From Escherichia phage ID32, in the sequence record NC_007819.1: a stretch of DNA of 6,071 bases; one strand, 5' to 3'. The position numbers were made by a program, and so were the translations under genes. The notes beneath the pieces were generated by a model. It was not told where the DNA came from, did not search any database, and worked only from the letters and a program-made list of their open reading frames with translations. Below are positions 1-5,093 of the stretch, piece after piece. How positions within the stretch are numbered: position 1 is the stretch's first letter; every line of letters begins with the position of its first letter.

Positions 1-3
1 TTG

Positions 4-42
4 TTGACATACTCTAATCCCTTATGAGACTCTTGCTTCAAC
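4..42 (+). repeat. Degenerate upstream copy of the gene-A promoter region (TTGACAT...CTCTAA...CTTAT...TGCTTCA); left arm of an imperfect direct repeat with 700-738
   Basis: Direct comparison: 4-42 ttgacatactctaatcccttatgagactcttgcttca versus 700-738 ttgacattcctctaacccaccccttatagtgccttca. Perfect TTGACA -35 hexamer at 4-9, but the -10-like TTATGA sits only about 12 nt downstream, so promoter activity is doubtful. Confidence 0.4.
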
Positions 43-66
43 GAAATGACGCAGGAGTCTTTGCTT

Positions 67-435
67 ATGAAACCCGCACATCGCTTAACCCATCCGGTCC
101 TCGGTTCTTGGTTGTTTAAGTGCCCTGTTTATATCCGTTATGAACACCTTCATCATGGTCGTCTTATTAAGGTTCGTGCCGTTCGCGATTTGTCCCCTCG
201 CCAACAGCTTATTGCTAACCCTAAAAATTGCTTTGATGTTGTTATCGCTGAGATTGATGTTACCTATGGCTCCATCACTTGGTTTGATTATGAGCATGAG
301 GAGTATGACGAGTTTGATCCTGATGTTATAAATGGCCTCGTTAACTACATTGATATTCCTCACGTTATCCGTTCTGAGGAAGACCCTTCTGTCGATATTG
401 ATGATATGGATTGGCTTTATGAAATTGCGGAGTAA
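67..435 (+). CDS. Hypothetical protein, 122 aa, basic N-terminal half and strongly acidic C-terminal half (accessory ORF1 in the H-A region)
   Basis: ORF in the six-frame track (46..435). The ATG at 67 is preceded by AGGAG (55-59) at 7-nt spacing; the ATG at 46 is in frame but lacks an SD. TAA stop at 433-435 lies 3 nt before the next ATG. About 21 of the last 65 residues are D/E (e.g. YEHEEYDEFDPD, SEEDPSVDIDDMDW). No homolog recognised from memory. Confidence 0.55.
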   Translation: MKPAHRLTHPVLGSWLFKCPVYIRYEHLHHGRLIKVRAVRDLSPRQQLIANPKNCFDVVIAEIDVTYGSITWFDYEHEEYDEFDPDVINGLVNYIDIPHVIRSEEDPSVDIDDMDWLYEIAE

Positions 436-438
436 ATC

Positions 439-525
439 ATGGAAACTGTTGTCGGAAAATTTATTGCTTTGGCTATTGTTGCTCTTATGCTGTATGGAGT
501 TTCCCGTTTGATTAGTAGGACTTGA
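439..525 (+). CDS. Hypothetical 28-aa hydrophobic peptide, possible single-pass membrane peptide (METVVGKFIALAIVALMLYGVSRLISRT)
   Basis: ATG at 439 preceded by GGAG (429-432) at 6-nt spacing; TGA stop at 523-525 is 1 nt before the next ATG. Uninterrupted hydrophobic core FIALAIVALMLYGV. Below the ORF-track length cutoff, found by manual translation. Confidence 0.35.
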   Translation: METVVGKFIALAIVALMLYGVSRLISRT

Positions 526-526
526 A

Positions 527-703
527 ATGAAGTATTTTAGCCTTGTGGATGAACACTATGCTTATTGCCCTGATTCGCGCATTTTGCACATCACTCGTAG
601 TCGTGTTTCTGACCCTCGGTATGAGCGTCGTTTTCTTACTGATGAGGAGCATTTTGCGCTTTTGGATTGGTTAAAGAGTCGCCCAACATACATTAATTCT
701 TGA
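527..703 (+). CDS. Hypothetical 58-aa protein, Arg-rich (MKYFSLVDEHYAYCPDSRILHITRSRVSDPRYERRFLTDEEHFALLDWLKSRPTYINS)
   Basis: ATG at 527 preceded by AGGA (517-520) at 6-nt spacing; TGA stop at 701-703 lies inside the -35 hexamer of the gene-A promoter. Manual translation; not in the ORF track because under 60 aa. Confidence 0.45.
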   Translation: MKYFSLVDEHYAYCPDSRILHITRSRVSDPRYERRFLTDEEHFALLDWLKSRPTYINS

Positions 704-729
704 CATTCCTCTAACCCACCCCTTATAGT
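700..729 (+). promoter_or_regulatory. Sigma70-type promoter for gene A (P_A): TTGACA (700-705), 18-nt spacer, TATAGT (724-729)
   Basis: Consensus -35 hexamer and near-consensus -10 read directly; position immediately upstream of gene A matches the known P_A location in phiX174-like phages. Confidence 0.6.
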
Positions 730-759
730 GCCTTCAAAGTATTACTTTGAGGGCTTTTT
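730..759 (+). promoter_or_regulatory. Stem-loop plus T5 run in the gene-A leader; stem overlaps the gene-A SD (GAGG 749-752)
   Basis: GCCTTCAAAG (730-739) pairs with CTTTGAGGGC (745-754): 10 bp with one G-U, 5-nt loop, followed by TTTTT (755-759). Lies between the P_A -10 and the A start codon at 763. Confidence 0.5.
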
Positions 760-762
760 CCT

Positions 763-2247
763 ATGGCTACTGAATTATTCTCTGACGTTGTAAAAGCTAC
801 GTGGTCTCACGCTACTGCTAAGCACCCTCACCTTCGCATGGCTGTACAGGTTGATAATCGCAGTCGTCTTCTCTCTGATTTGGTTTACCAGCTGGAAAAA
901 CGCCTCTCTGAAGAGACTCATCTGGATGATGAGACTTATGCCCTTTATGAATCTCAAACCGGTCTTTTGGAAGACCATATGGCGCTGGTTCGGAAGTGTG
1001 CTGCCCAACTTGATAATAGTAACACTATAGACCACCGTACCCCTTTGGATGCCGAATGTGTTTTCCTGTTTGAAATGATTTGCCCAGGTGTTCGTTACGG
1101 TAAAACGTTGAATTCTCTTTGGACTAAGTATGTTGCTCAATGGCCTGAGAAGTTGATTCGTCAAGAGTTAGACATGGTTAAGCCTTTGTCCTTTAAGGAT
1201 GAAGTTGCTAAGTACATGGAGAAGATGCAGGAAAAAACACGCAAAAATCGCATGACTCAAAAAGTAATTAATGAGATGCGTATCGCTCACCAAAAGGGCT
1301 GGTTTTTCGTATTTGATACGTTGACACTTGCTGATGACCGTTTGCAGGCTTTTAATGAAAACCCCAATGCTCTTCGTGATTATTTCAGGACTGTTGGTCG
1401 AGCTGTTCTGCGCGCTGAAGGTCGTTCGGTTAAGGATTCCTACAACGACTGCTATCGCTATCTTTGTGTGCCGGAGTTTGGAGGCCAGCATGGCCGTCTT
1501 CATTGGCACGTTGTGCATATGGTGCGGACTCTTCCTTTGGGAAGTCACGACCCTAATTTCGGTCGCAAGGTTCGTAATTATCGCCAGATTAACTCGTTCC
1601 GTGGAATGTGGCCTTATGGCTTTACGCAACCGATAGCTGTACGCTATCAACATGATGCTTATTCTCGTAAAGGTTGGCTGTGGCCTGTTGACAAAACAGG
1701 AAAAGCAATGCAGAGTAAGCCCTATCAGGCGGTCGCATGGTATGTGACCAAATATGTGGCTAAGCAATCTGACCAGCGTCAGAAAGCTATTACTGAGAGA
1801 CAAAAAAAATGCAAGAATCCACTTATGGCAATCTGTCTGAAAAAGGAATTCAGAGTTCGCAGCAGCCGGAAGCTCGGAATGGAGTTACCGTCGATGGCGC
1901 ATCTCAGCAACAAAGTGCTTCTGGAGCTGAGCCGAATCAGCTTCGATTCCAGCCCTCTGTATCAGATAGTGAAAGAGAACGCCAAAAAGCAATTGACCTT
2001 GAACATCGGCGCGCTGCCTTTGCACGTCATTTTGGATGTGCGCCCGGAAGTGAGAAGTATGTTGAAAAATATCCGTCGTTTGATGAAAAAGACACCCGAG
2101 TTCAATTGGCAGAGTTCTATCGCTTCCATGACGGTCACCTTAAAAAATGGGGATATTTCTGATGAAGCACGTCAATACATTATTGATGCAGGAATTACGC
2201 CTTTTGATTTGCGAGCTAAAGCGACTCAAACTTTCGGCGGTAAGTGA
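763..2247 (+). CDS. A: Replication initiation protein A (HUH rolling-circle endonuclease), 494 aa
   Basis: Long ORF with strong similarity to phiX174 protein A as recalled (e.g. GWFFVFDTLTLADDRLQAFNENPNALRDYF, GRLHWHVVH HUH motif, paired catalytic tyrosines in AWYVTKYVAK, C-terminal FGGK). An in-frame TGA at 748-750 excludes any upstream extension. Confidence 0.95.
   Translation: MATELFSDVVKATWSHATAKHPHLRMAVQVDNRSRLLSDLVYQLEKRLSEETHLDDETYALYESQTGLLEDHMALVRKCAAQLDNSNTIDHRTPLDAECVFLFEMICPGVRYGKTLNSLWTKYVAQWPEKLIRQELDMVKPLSFKDEVAKYMEKMQEKTRKNRMTQKVINEMRIAHQKGWFFVFDTLTLADDRLQAFNENPNALRDYFRTVGRAVLRAEGRSVKDSYNDCYRYLCVPEFGGQHGRLHWHVVHMVRTLPLGSHDPNFGRKVRNYRQINSFRGMWPYGFTQPIAVRYQHDAYSRKGWLWPVDKTGKAMQSKPYQAVAWYVTKYVAKQSDQRQKAITERQKKCKNPLMAICLKKEFRVRSSRKLGMELPSMAHLSNKVLLELSRISFDSSPLYQIVKENAKKQLTLNIGALPLHVILDVRPEVRSMLKNIRRLMKKTPEFNWQSSIASMTVTLKNGDISDEARQYIIDAGITPFDLRAKATQTFGGK
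1006..1035 (+). other. Viral (+) strand rolling-circle origin; predicted protein A nick site between G1012 and A1013
   Basis: CAACTTGATAATAGTAACACTATAGACCAC closely matches the conserved 30-nt phiX174 origin (CAACTTG^ATATTAATAACACTATAGACCAC, from memory) and sits inside gene A as in phiX174. Confidence 0.8.
1216..2247 (+). CDS. A*: A* protein (in-frame internal initiation within gene A); start codon uncertain
   Basis: By analogy with phiX174, where A* begins at an internal Met near MKSRRGFA. In-frame ATGs in the homologous region are at 1216, 1225, 1252 and 1276; none has a convincing SD. Confidence 0.3.
   Translation: MEKMQEKTRKNRMTQKVINEMRIAHQKGWFFVFDTLTLADDRLQAFNENPNALRDYFRTVGRAVLRAEGRSVKDSYNDCYRYLCVPEFGGQHGRLHWHVVHMVRTLPLGSHDPNFGRKVRNYRQINSFRGMWPYGFTQPIAVRYQHDAYSRKGWLWPVDKTGKAMQSKPYQAVAWYVTKYVAKQSDQRQKAITERQKKCKNPLMAICLKKEFRVRSSRKLGMELPSMAHLSNKVLLELSRISFDSSPLYQIVKENAKKQLTLNIGALPLHVILDVRPEVRSMLKNIRRLMKKTPEFNWQSSIASMTVTLKNGDISDEARQYIIDAGITPFDLRAKATQTFGGK
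1809..2162 (+). CDS. B: Internal scaffolding protein B, 117 aa, overprinted within gene A
   Basis: ORF in the track; C-terminal AEFYRFHD...GYF matches phiX174 B; a different frame from A, as in phiX174. Confidence 0.85.
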   Translation: MQESTYGNLSEKGIQSSQQPEARNGVTVDGASQQQSASGAEPNQLRFQPSVSDSERERQKAIDLEHRRAAFARHFGCAPGSEKYVEKYPSFDEKDTRVQLAEFYRFHDGHLKKWGYF

Positions 2248-2323
2248 CCCGGATTTTTCTCAGGAGAAGATTCATGCTGAGCTCGACTCGTTACTACGCA
2301 AGTTATCGCGCTACTTTGACTAA
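2162..2323 (+). CDS. K: Protein K, 53 aa (MKHVNTLLMQELRLLICELKRLKLSAVSDPDFSQEKIHAELDSLLRKLSRYFD)
   Basis: Manual translation of the third frame. The ATG overlaps the B stop (TGATG at 2160-2164); the ORF spans the end of A and the start of C as in phiX174; QELRLLICEL resembles phiX174 K QELLLLVYEL. Under the ORF-track cutoff. Confidence 0.75.
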   Translation: MKHVNTLLMQELRLLICELKRLKLSAVSDPDFSQEKIHAELDSLLRKLSRYFD

Positions 2324-2480
2324 GCAGCTGATGTTTTTGACTAAAGCTGACTTTACCGATGATGATGAAAAATGGCTTAATGCCTTTGGTAATTTGCTCC
2401 GTCAGTGGTTTCAGATTGAGGATTGGAAAGGTAATCATAAAAAATTGCTTGACGATTTAAAAAAACGTGATTACATTTGA
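2274..2480 (+). CDS. C: Protein C (DNA packaging / stage III replication), 68 aa
   Basis: ATG at 2274 preceded by AGGAG (2262-2266) at 7 nt; DDDEKWLNAFGNLLRQWFQ matches phiX174 C (DEEKWLNMLGTFVKDWF). The track ORF begins at an upstream GTG (2244) that overlaps the A stop and is unlikely to be the real start. Confidence 0.85.
   Translation: MLSSTRYYASYRATLTKQLMFLTKADFTDDDEKWLNAFGNLLRQWFQIEDWKGNHKKLLDDLKKRDYI
2449..2477 (+). promoter_or_regulatory. Candidate sigma70 promoter for the D-E-J-F-G-H late genes (P_D): TTGACG, 17-nt spacer, TACATT
   Basis: Hexamers read directly at 2449-2454 and 2472-2477; located inside the 3' end of gene C just upstream of D, as for P_D in phiX174. Confidence 0.5.
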
Positions 2481-2523
2481 GCTGTTTCAAGGTTTCTTAC
2501 CCATTAAATGTTAGGAGAATGTT

Positions 2524-2982
2524 ATGTCTAATCTTGTTGCTACTGATGTTAATTTCGCTACTTCTGTTGCTGCTCTGAAAATGCTTCAGGCTTCAGCTGT
2601 TTTGGATATTACTGAAGAGGATTTCGATTTCCTTACTGGTGATAAAATTTGGATTGCTACCGACCGCAACCGTGCGCGTCGCTGTGTTGAGGCTTGTGTT
2701 TATGGAACGCTGGACTTTGTGGGATACCCTCGCTTTCCTGCTCCTGTTGAGTTTATTGCTGCCGTCATTGCTTATTATGTTCATCCCGTCAACATTCAGA
2801 CGGCCTGCCTCATCATGGAAGGCGCTGAGTTTACGGAAAACATTGTTAATGGCGTCGAGCGTCCGGTTAAAGCCGCTGAGCTCTTCGCGTACACCTTGCG
2901 TGTTAAGGCTGGATTCAAAGAAACGGTTCTGAGCGCTGAAGAGAATGCTCGTCAGAAACTTCGTGCAAGTGGAGTAATGTAA
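2524..2982 (+). CDS. D: External scaffolding protein D, 152 aa
   Basis: Near-identity over long stretches to phiX174 D (ARRCVEACVYGTLDFVGYPRFPAPVEFIAAVIAYYVHPVNIQTACLIMEGAEFTEN); AGGAG at 6 nt upstream. Confidence 0.96.
   Translation: MSNLVATDVNFATSVAALKMLQASAVLDITEEDFDFLTGDKIWIATDRNRARRCVEACVYGTLDFVGYPRFPAPVEFIAAVIAYYVHPVNIQTACLIMEGAEFTENIVNGVERPVKAAELFAYTLRVKAGFKETVLSAEENARQKLRASGVM
2702..2932 (+). CDS. E: Lysis protein E (MraY inhibitor), 76 aa, overprinted in +1 frame of D
   Basis: MERWTLWDTLAFLLLLSLLLPSLLIMFIPSTF matches the phiX174 E N-terminal transmembrane region; GAGG at 9 nt upstream. The track ORF starts at an upstream GTG (2639). Confidence 0.85.
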   Translation: MERWTLWDTLAFLLLLSLLLPSLLIMFIPSTFRRPASSWKALSLRKTLLMASSVRLKPLSSSRTPCVLRLDSKKRF

Positions 2983-2983
2983 T

Positions 2984-3058
2984 ATGAAGAAAGCTCGTCG
3001 TTCCCCTTCTCGTAAGAAAGGTGCCCGTCTCTGGTATGTAGGCGGTTCTCAATTTTAA
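2984..3058 (+). CDS. J: DNA-binding protein J, 24 aa (MKKARRSPSRKKGARLWYVGGSQF)
   Basis: Small, highly basic ORF immediately after D; the 24-aa length is characteristic of alpha3-like phages (phiX174 J is 38 aa). Confidence 0.9.
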   Translation: MKKARRSPSRKKGARLWYVGGSQF

Positions 3059-3063
3059 TTAAT

Positions 3064-3077
3064 GGGGCTTCGGCCCC
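3064..3077 (+). terminator. GGGGC-UUCG-GCCCC tetraloop hairpin in the J-F spacer (probable leaky terminator or mRNA-stabilising hairpin)
   Basis: Perfect 5-bp GC stem with a UUCG loop; followed by the F SD (AAGGA 3081-3085) and a T run. Confidence 0.55.
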
Positions 3078-3092
3078 TATAAGGATTTTTAA

Positions 3093-4376
3093 ATGTCAAA
3101 TGTACAGACTTCCGCTGAACGTATCCCTCATGACCTGTCTCATCTGGTTTTTGATGCAGGCAAAATTGGTCGTTTAAAAGTTGTTTCTTGGACTCCTGTT
3201 GTTGCAGGTGATTCTTTTGAGCTTGATATGATTGGCGCTATTCGCCTTTCTCCGCTTCGTCGTGGCCTTGCTGTTGACTCTCGCGTTGACCTGTTCACGT
3301 TTTATGTCCCTCATCGTCATGTATATGGTGAGCAGTGGATTGAGTTTATGAAGCAAGGTGTTGATGCTGCTCCTTTGGCCCCTGTTCAGTGCTCTCGTGG
3401 TTGGGATAGTGCTCAGTATCTTGCTACTATTCCGTCTAGTAACTTAAAGGTTCCTAAGTTTCTTCATCAAGGTTACCTGAACATTTACAATAACTACTTT
3501 AAAGCTCCGTGGATGGATGACCTGACTTATGCCAACCCGTCCAATATGGAAGGTGAAGATGTTCGTTTTGGTGTTCGTGCATGTAACTTGAAAACTATTT
3601 GGACCGCTCCGCTTCCTCCGGATACTGAAACCTCTCATTCTATGGAGACTGAAACCAACTCCATTGATATTATGGGTTTGCAGGCCGCTTATGCTCAATT
3701 ACATACTGAGCAGGAGCGTGATTACTTCATGACTCGTTATCGTGATATTGTTAACGAATTTGGTGGTAGCACTTCTTATGATGCGGATAATCGTCCTTTG
3801 CTTGTTATGCACTCTGAGTTCTGGGCCTCAGGCTATGACGTCGACGGCACCGACCAAAGTTCTCTTGGTCAGTTCTCCGGTCGTGTACAGCAGACCTTTA
3901 AGCATTCAGTACCGCGATTCTTCTGCCCTGAGCATGGTACTATGTTCACACTCGCATTGGTCCGCTTCCCGCCGACTCATGAAATGGAGATGCATTATTT
4001 AGTTGGTAAAGAAGATTTGACTTATACTGATTTGGCTTGTGACCCTGCTTTGATGGCTAACTTGCCTCCGCGTGAGGTTAATATGTCTCAGTTCTTCCAT
4101 TCTGGAAGTGCTAGCGCTAAGTTTAAGATCGCTGAAGGTCAGTGGTATCGTATGCAGCCTGACCGCGTTGCATTGCCGTATAACTATCTTGATGGTTTTC
4201 CGTTCTATAGTGCGATTCCGTCTAATGATATTAAACAGCGTGTTCTGGTTAATACTGATAACTACGATGAGGTTTTCCAGTCTATGCAACTTGCTCACTG
4301 GAATATGCAGACTAAGTTCAACTGCACGATTTATCGTAATATGCCGACCACTCGCGACTCTATTATGACCTCTTGA
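3093..4376 (+). CDS. F: Major capsid protein F, 427 aa
   Basis: Extensive similarity to phiX174 F (RLSPLRRGLA, FTFYVPHRHVYGEQWI, QGYLNIYNNYFKAPWM, YDADNRPLLVM, GTMFTLALVRFPP, TTRDSIMTS). Confidence 0.97.
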   Translation: MSNVQTSAERIPHDLSHLVFDAGKIGRLKVVSWTPVVAGDSFELDMIGAIRLSPLRRGLAVDSRVDLFTFYVPHRHVYGEQWIEFMKQGVDAAPLAPVQCSRGWDSAQYLATIPSSNLKVPKFLHQGYLNIYNNYFKAPWMDDLTYANPSNMEGEDVRFGVRACNLKTIWTAPLPPDTETSHSMETETNSIDIMGLQAAYAQLHTEQERDYFMTRYRDIVNEFGGSTSYDADNRPLLVMHSEFWASGYDVDGTDQSSLGQFSGRVQQTFKHSVPRFFCPEHGTMFTLALVRFPPTHEMEMHYLVGKEDLTYTDLACDPALMANLPPREVNMSQFFHSGSASAKFKIAEGQWYRMQPDRVALPYNYLDGFPFYSAIPSNDIKQRVLVNTDNYDEVFQSMQLAHWNMQTKFNCTIYRNMPTTRDSIMTS

Positions 4377-4382
4377 TTATGT

Positions 4383-4396
4383 GGGGCTTCGGCCCC
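4383..4396 (+). terminator. Second copy of the GGGGC-UUCG-GCCCC hairpin, in the F-G spacer
   Basis: Same stem-loop as at 3064-3077, again followed by AAGGATTTT and the next start codon. Confidence 0.55.
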
Positions 4397-4413
4397 CTTT
4401 AAGGATTTTGATT

Positions 4414-4959
4414 ATGTTTCAAGTTTATGTATCTAAACATGTTGCTCCGTTCACCTCTGTGAATCGTGCCTTTTCTATTGCCCCTGCTGCCAATCCGCAG
4501 GTTGTTAACTCTGGTGAGATTGTTGCAGGTCGTTCCACTTTCCGTATTGCGTCTTCCATTGGTGCTCCTTCTAATGGTAGTGGTTTTTCGTTTGTTCAGA
4601 TGATGGACCCTAACTCTCCTGATTCTCAGCAGGTTTTTTCTGTTGCTGCTTCGTTGTCCTTTAGTGTTGATTCGAATTATATTCCTTGTGTTGTTCGTTT
4701 TGAGAGCACTGTTGCTCAGCCTACCAGCTTTGATATTGCAACCGCTGATTTTATTCCGGTTGAGGCTTCTGCCCTTTCTCCTCGTGCGCTTAGCGTTCGC
4801 GATTGTGTTACCGTTGATGTTAAGCCTCGTACTGAAGGCAATAATGTTTTTGTTGGTGTGGTTTTCTTCTCTGCTGCCGCTAATGCTGGTAATGTCACTG
4901 GTGTTGTTTCGATGGCTCAGGTTGACCACGAAGTTACAGCTTTGCAGCCGCTTAAATAA
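4414..4959 (+). CDS. G: Major spike protein G, 181 aa
   Basis: MFQ..SKH N-terminus and C-terminal ALQPLK match phiX174 G; AAGGA (4401-4405) at 8 nt upstream. The track ORF starts at a GTG (4381) inside the hairpin and is not the likely start. Confidence 0.9.
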   Translation: MFQVYVSKHVAPFTSVNRAFSIAPAANPQVVNSGEIVAGRSTFRIASSIGAPSNGSGFSFVQMMDPNSPDSQQVFSVAASLSFSVDSNYIPCVVRFESTVAQPTSFDIATADFIPVEASALSPRALSVRDCVTVDVKPRTEGNNVFVGVVFFSAAANAGNVTGVVSMAQVDHEVTALQPLK

Positions 4960-4986
4960 AAGGCTGCCGCACTCCCGGTTAGATGC

Positions 4987-5063
4987 CTGCCCAGTGTAGG
5001 GCAGACCGAGCCGTACGGAGATACCCGATAAACTAGGAACGTGGAAGGCGCAAGCCGCCTTCC
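4987..5063 (+). other. Stem-loop cluster in the 134-nt G-H spacer; candidate primase-dependent complementary (-) strand origin
   Basis: CTGCCC-agtgta-GGGCAG (4987-5004), palindrome CCGTACGG (5011-5018) and GGAAGGCG-caagc-CGCCTTCC (5043-5063) read directly. I recall St-1/phiK/alpha3 minus-strand origins being mapped between G and H, but cannot confirm this. Confidence 0.45.
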
Positions 5064-5093
5064 CTCCTGCTAAGCCCAAAAGGAGTTACAGCG

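Noticed and set aside
140-331. 63-aa + strand ORF in an alternative frame inside ORF1
   Set aside because: Leu-rich low-complexity product typical of frame-shifted reading of T-rich codons; no RBS; fully contained in a better-supported ORF.
85-363. 92-aa minus-strand ORF antisense to ORF1
   Set aside because: No SD; microvirus genes are all on the viral (+) strand; composition typical of antisense translation of a T-rich coding region.
1328-1636. 102-aa + strand alternative-frame ORF inside gene A
   Set aside because: Hydrophobic low-complexity product; no SD; no counterpart among known microvirus overprinted genes in this position.
1688-1717. TTGACA hexamer inside gene A as a possible gene-B promoter
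   Set aside because: No acceptable -10 hexamer at 16-19 nt spacing (CAGAGT/AGAGTA); I could not place P_B convincingly from sequence alone.
775-1803. Minus-strand ORFs (775..1164, 1168..1803) antisense to gene A
   Set aside because: Antisense to a confidently identified gene; no plausible translation signals.
2244-2273. GTG-initiated N-terminal extension of protein C and GTG-initiated extension of G at 4381
   Set aside because: Both upstream GTG starts lack an SD, whereas the internal ATGs (2274, 4414) have strong SDs and match the phiX174 protein N-termini.
3742-4368. Alternative-frame + ORFs (3742..4002, 4072..4368) and minus ORFs (3174..3356, 3444..3698, 3999..4298) within gene F
   Set aside because: All lie inside the major capsid gene, lack RBS, and have biased low-complexity composition.
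4643-4999. 118-aa extremely Leu-rich + strand ORF overlapping G
   Set aside because: Starts at TTG without an SD; composition is the expected artefact of reading T-rich codons out of frame.
4399-5079. 226-aa minus-strand ORF spanning gene G and the G-H spacer
   Set aside because: Asn/Arg-rich low-complexity product typical of antisense reading; strand opposite to all genes; no SD.
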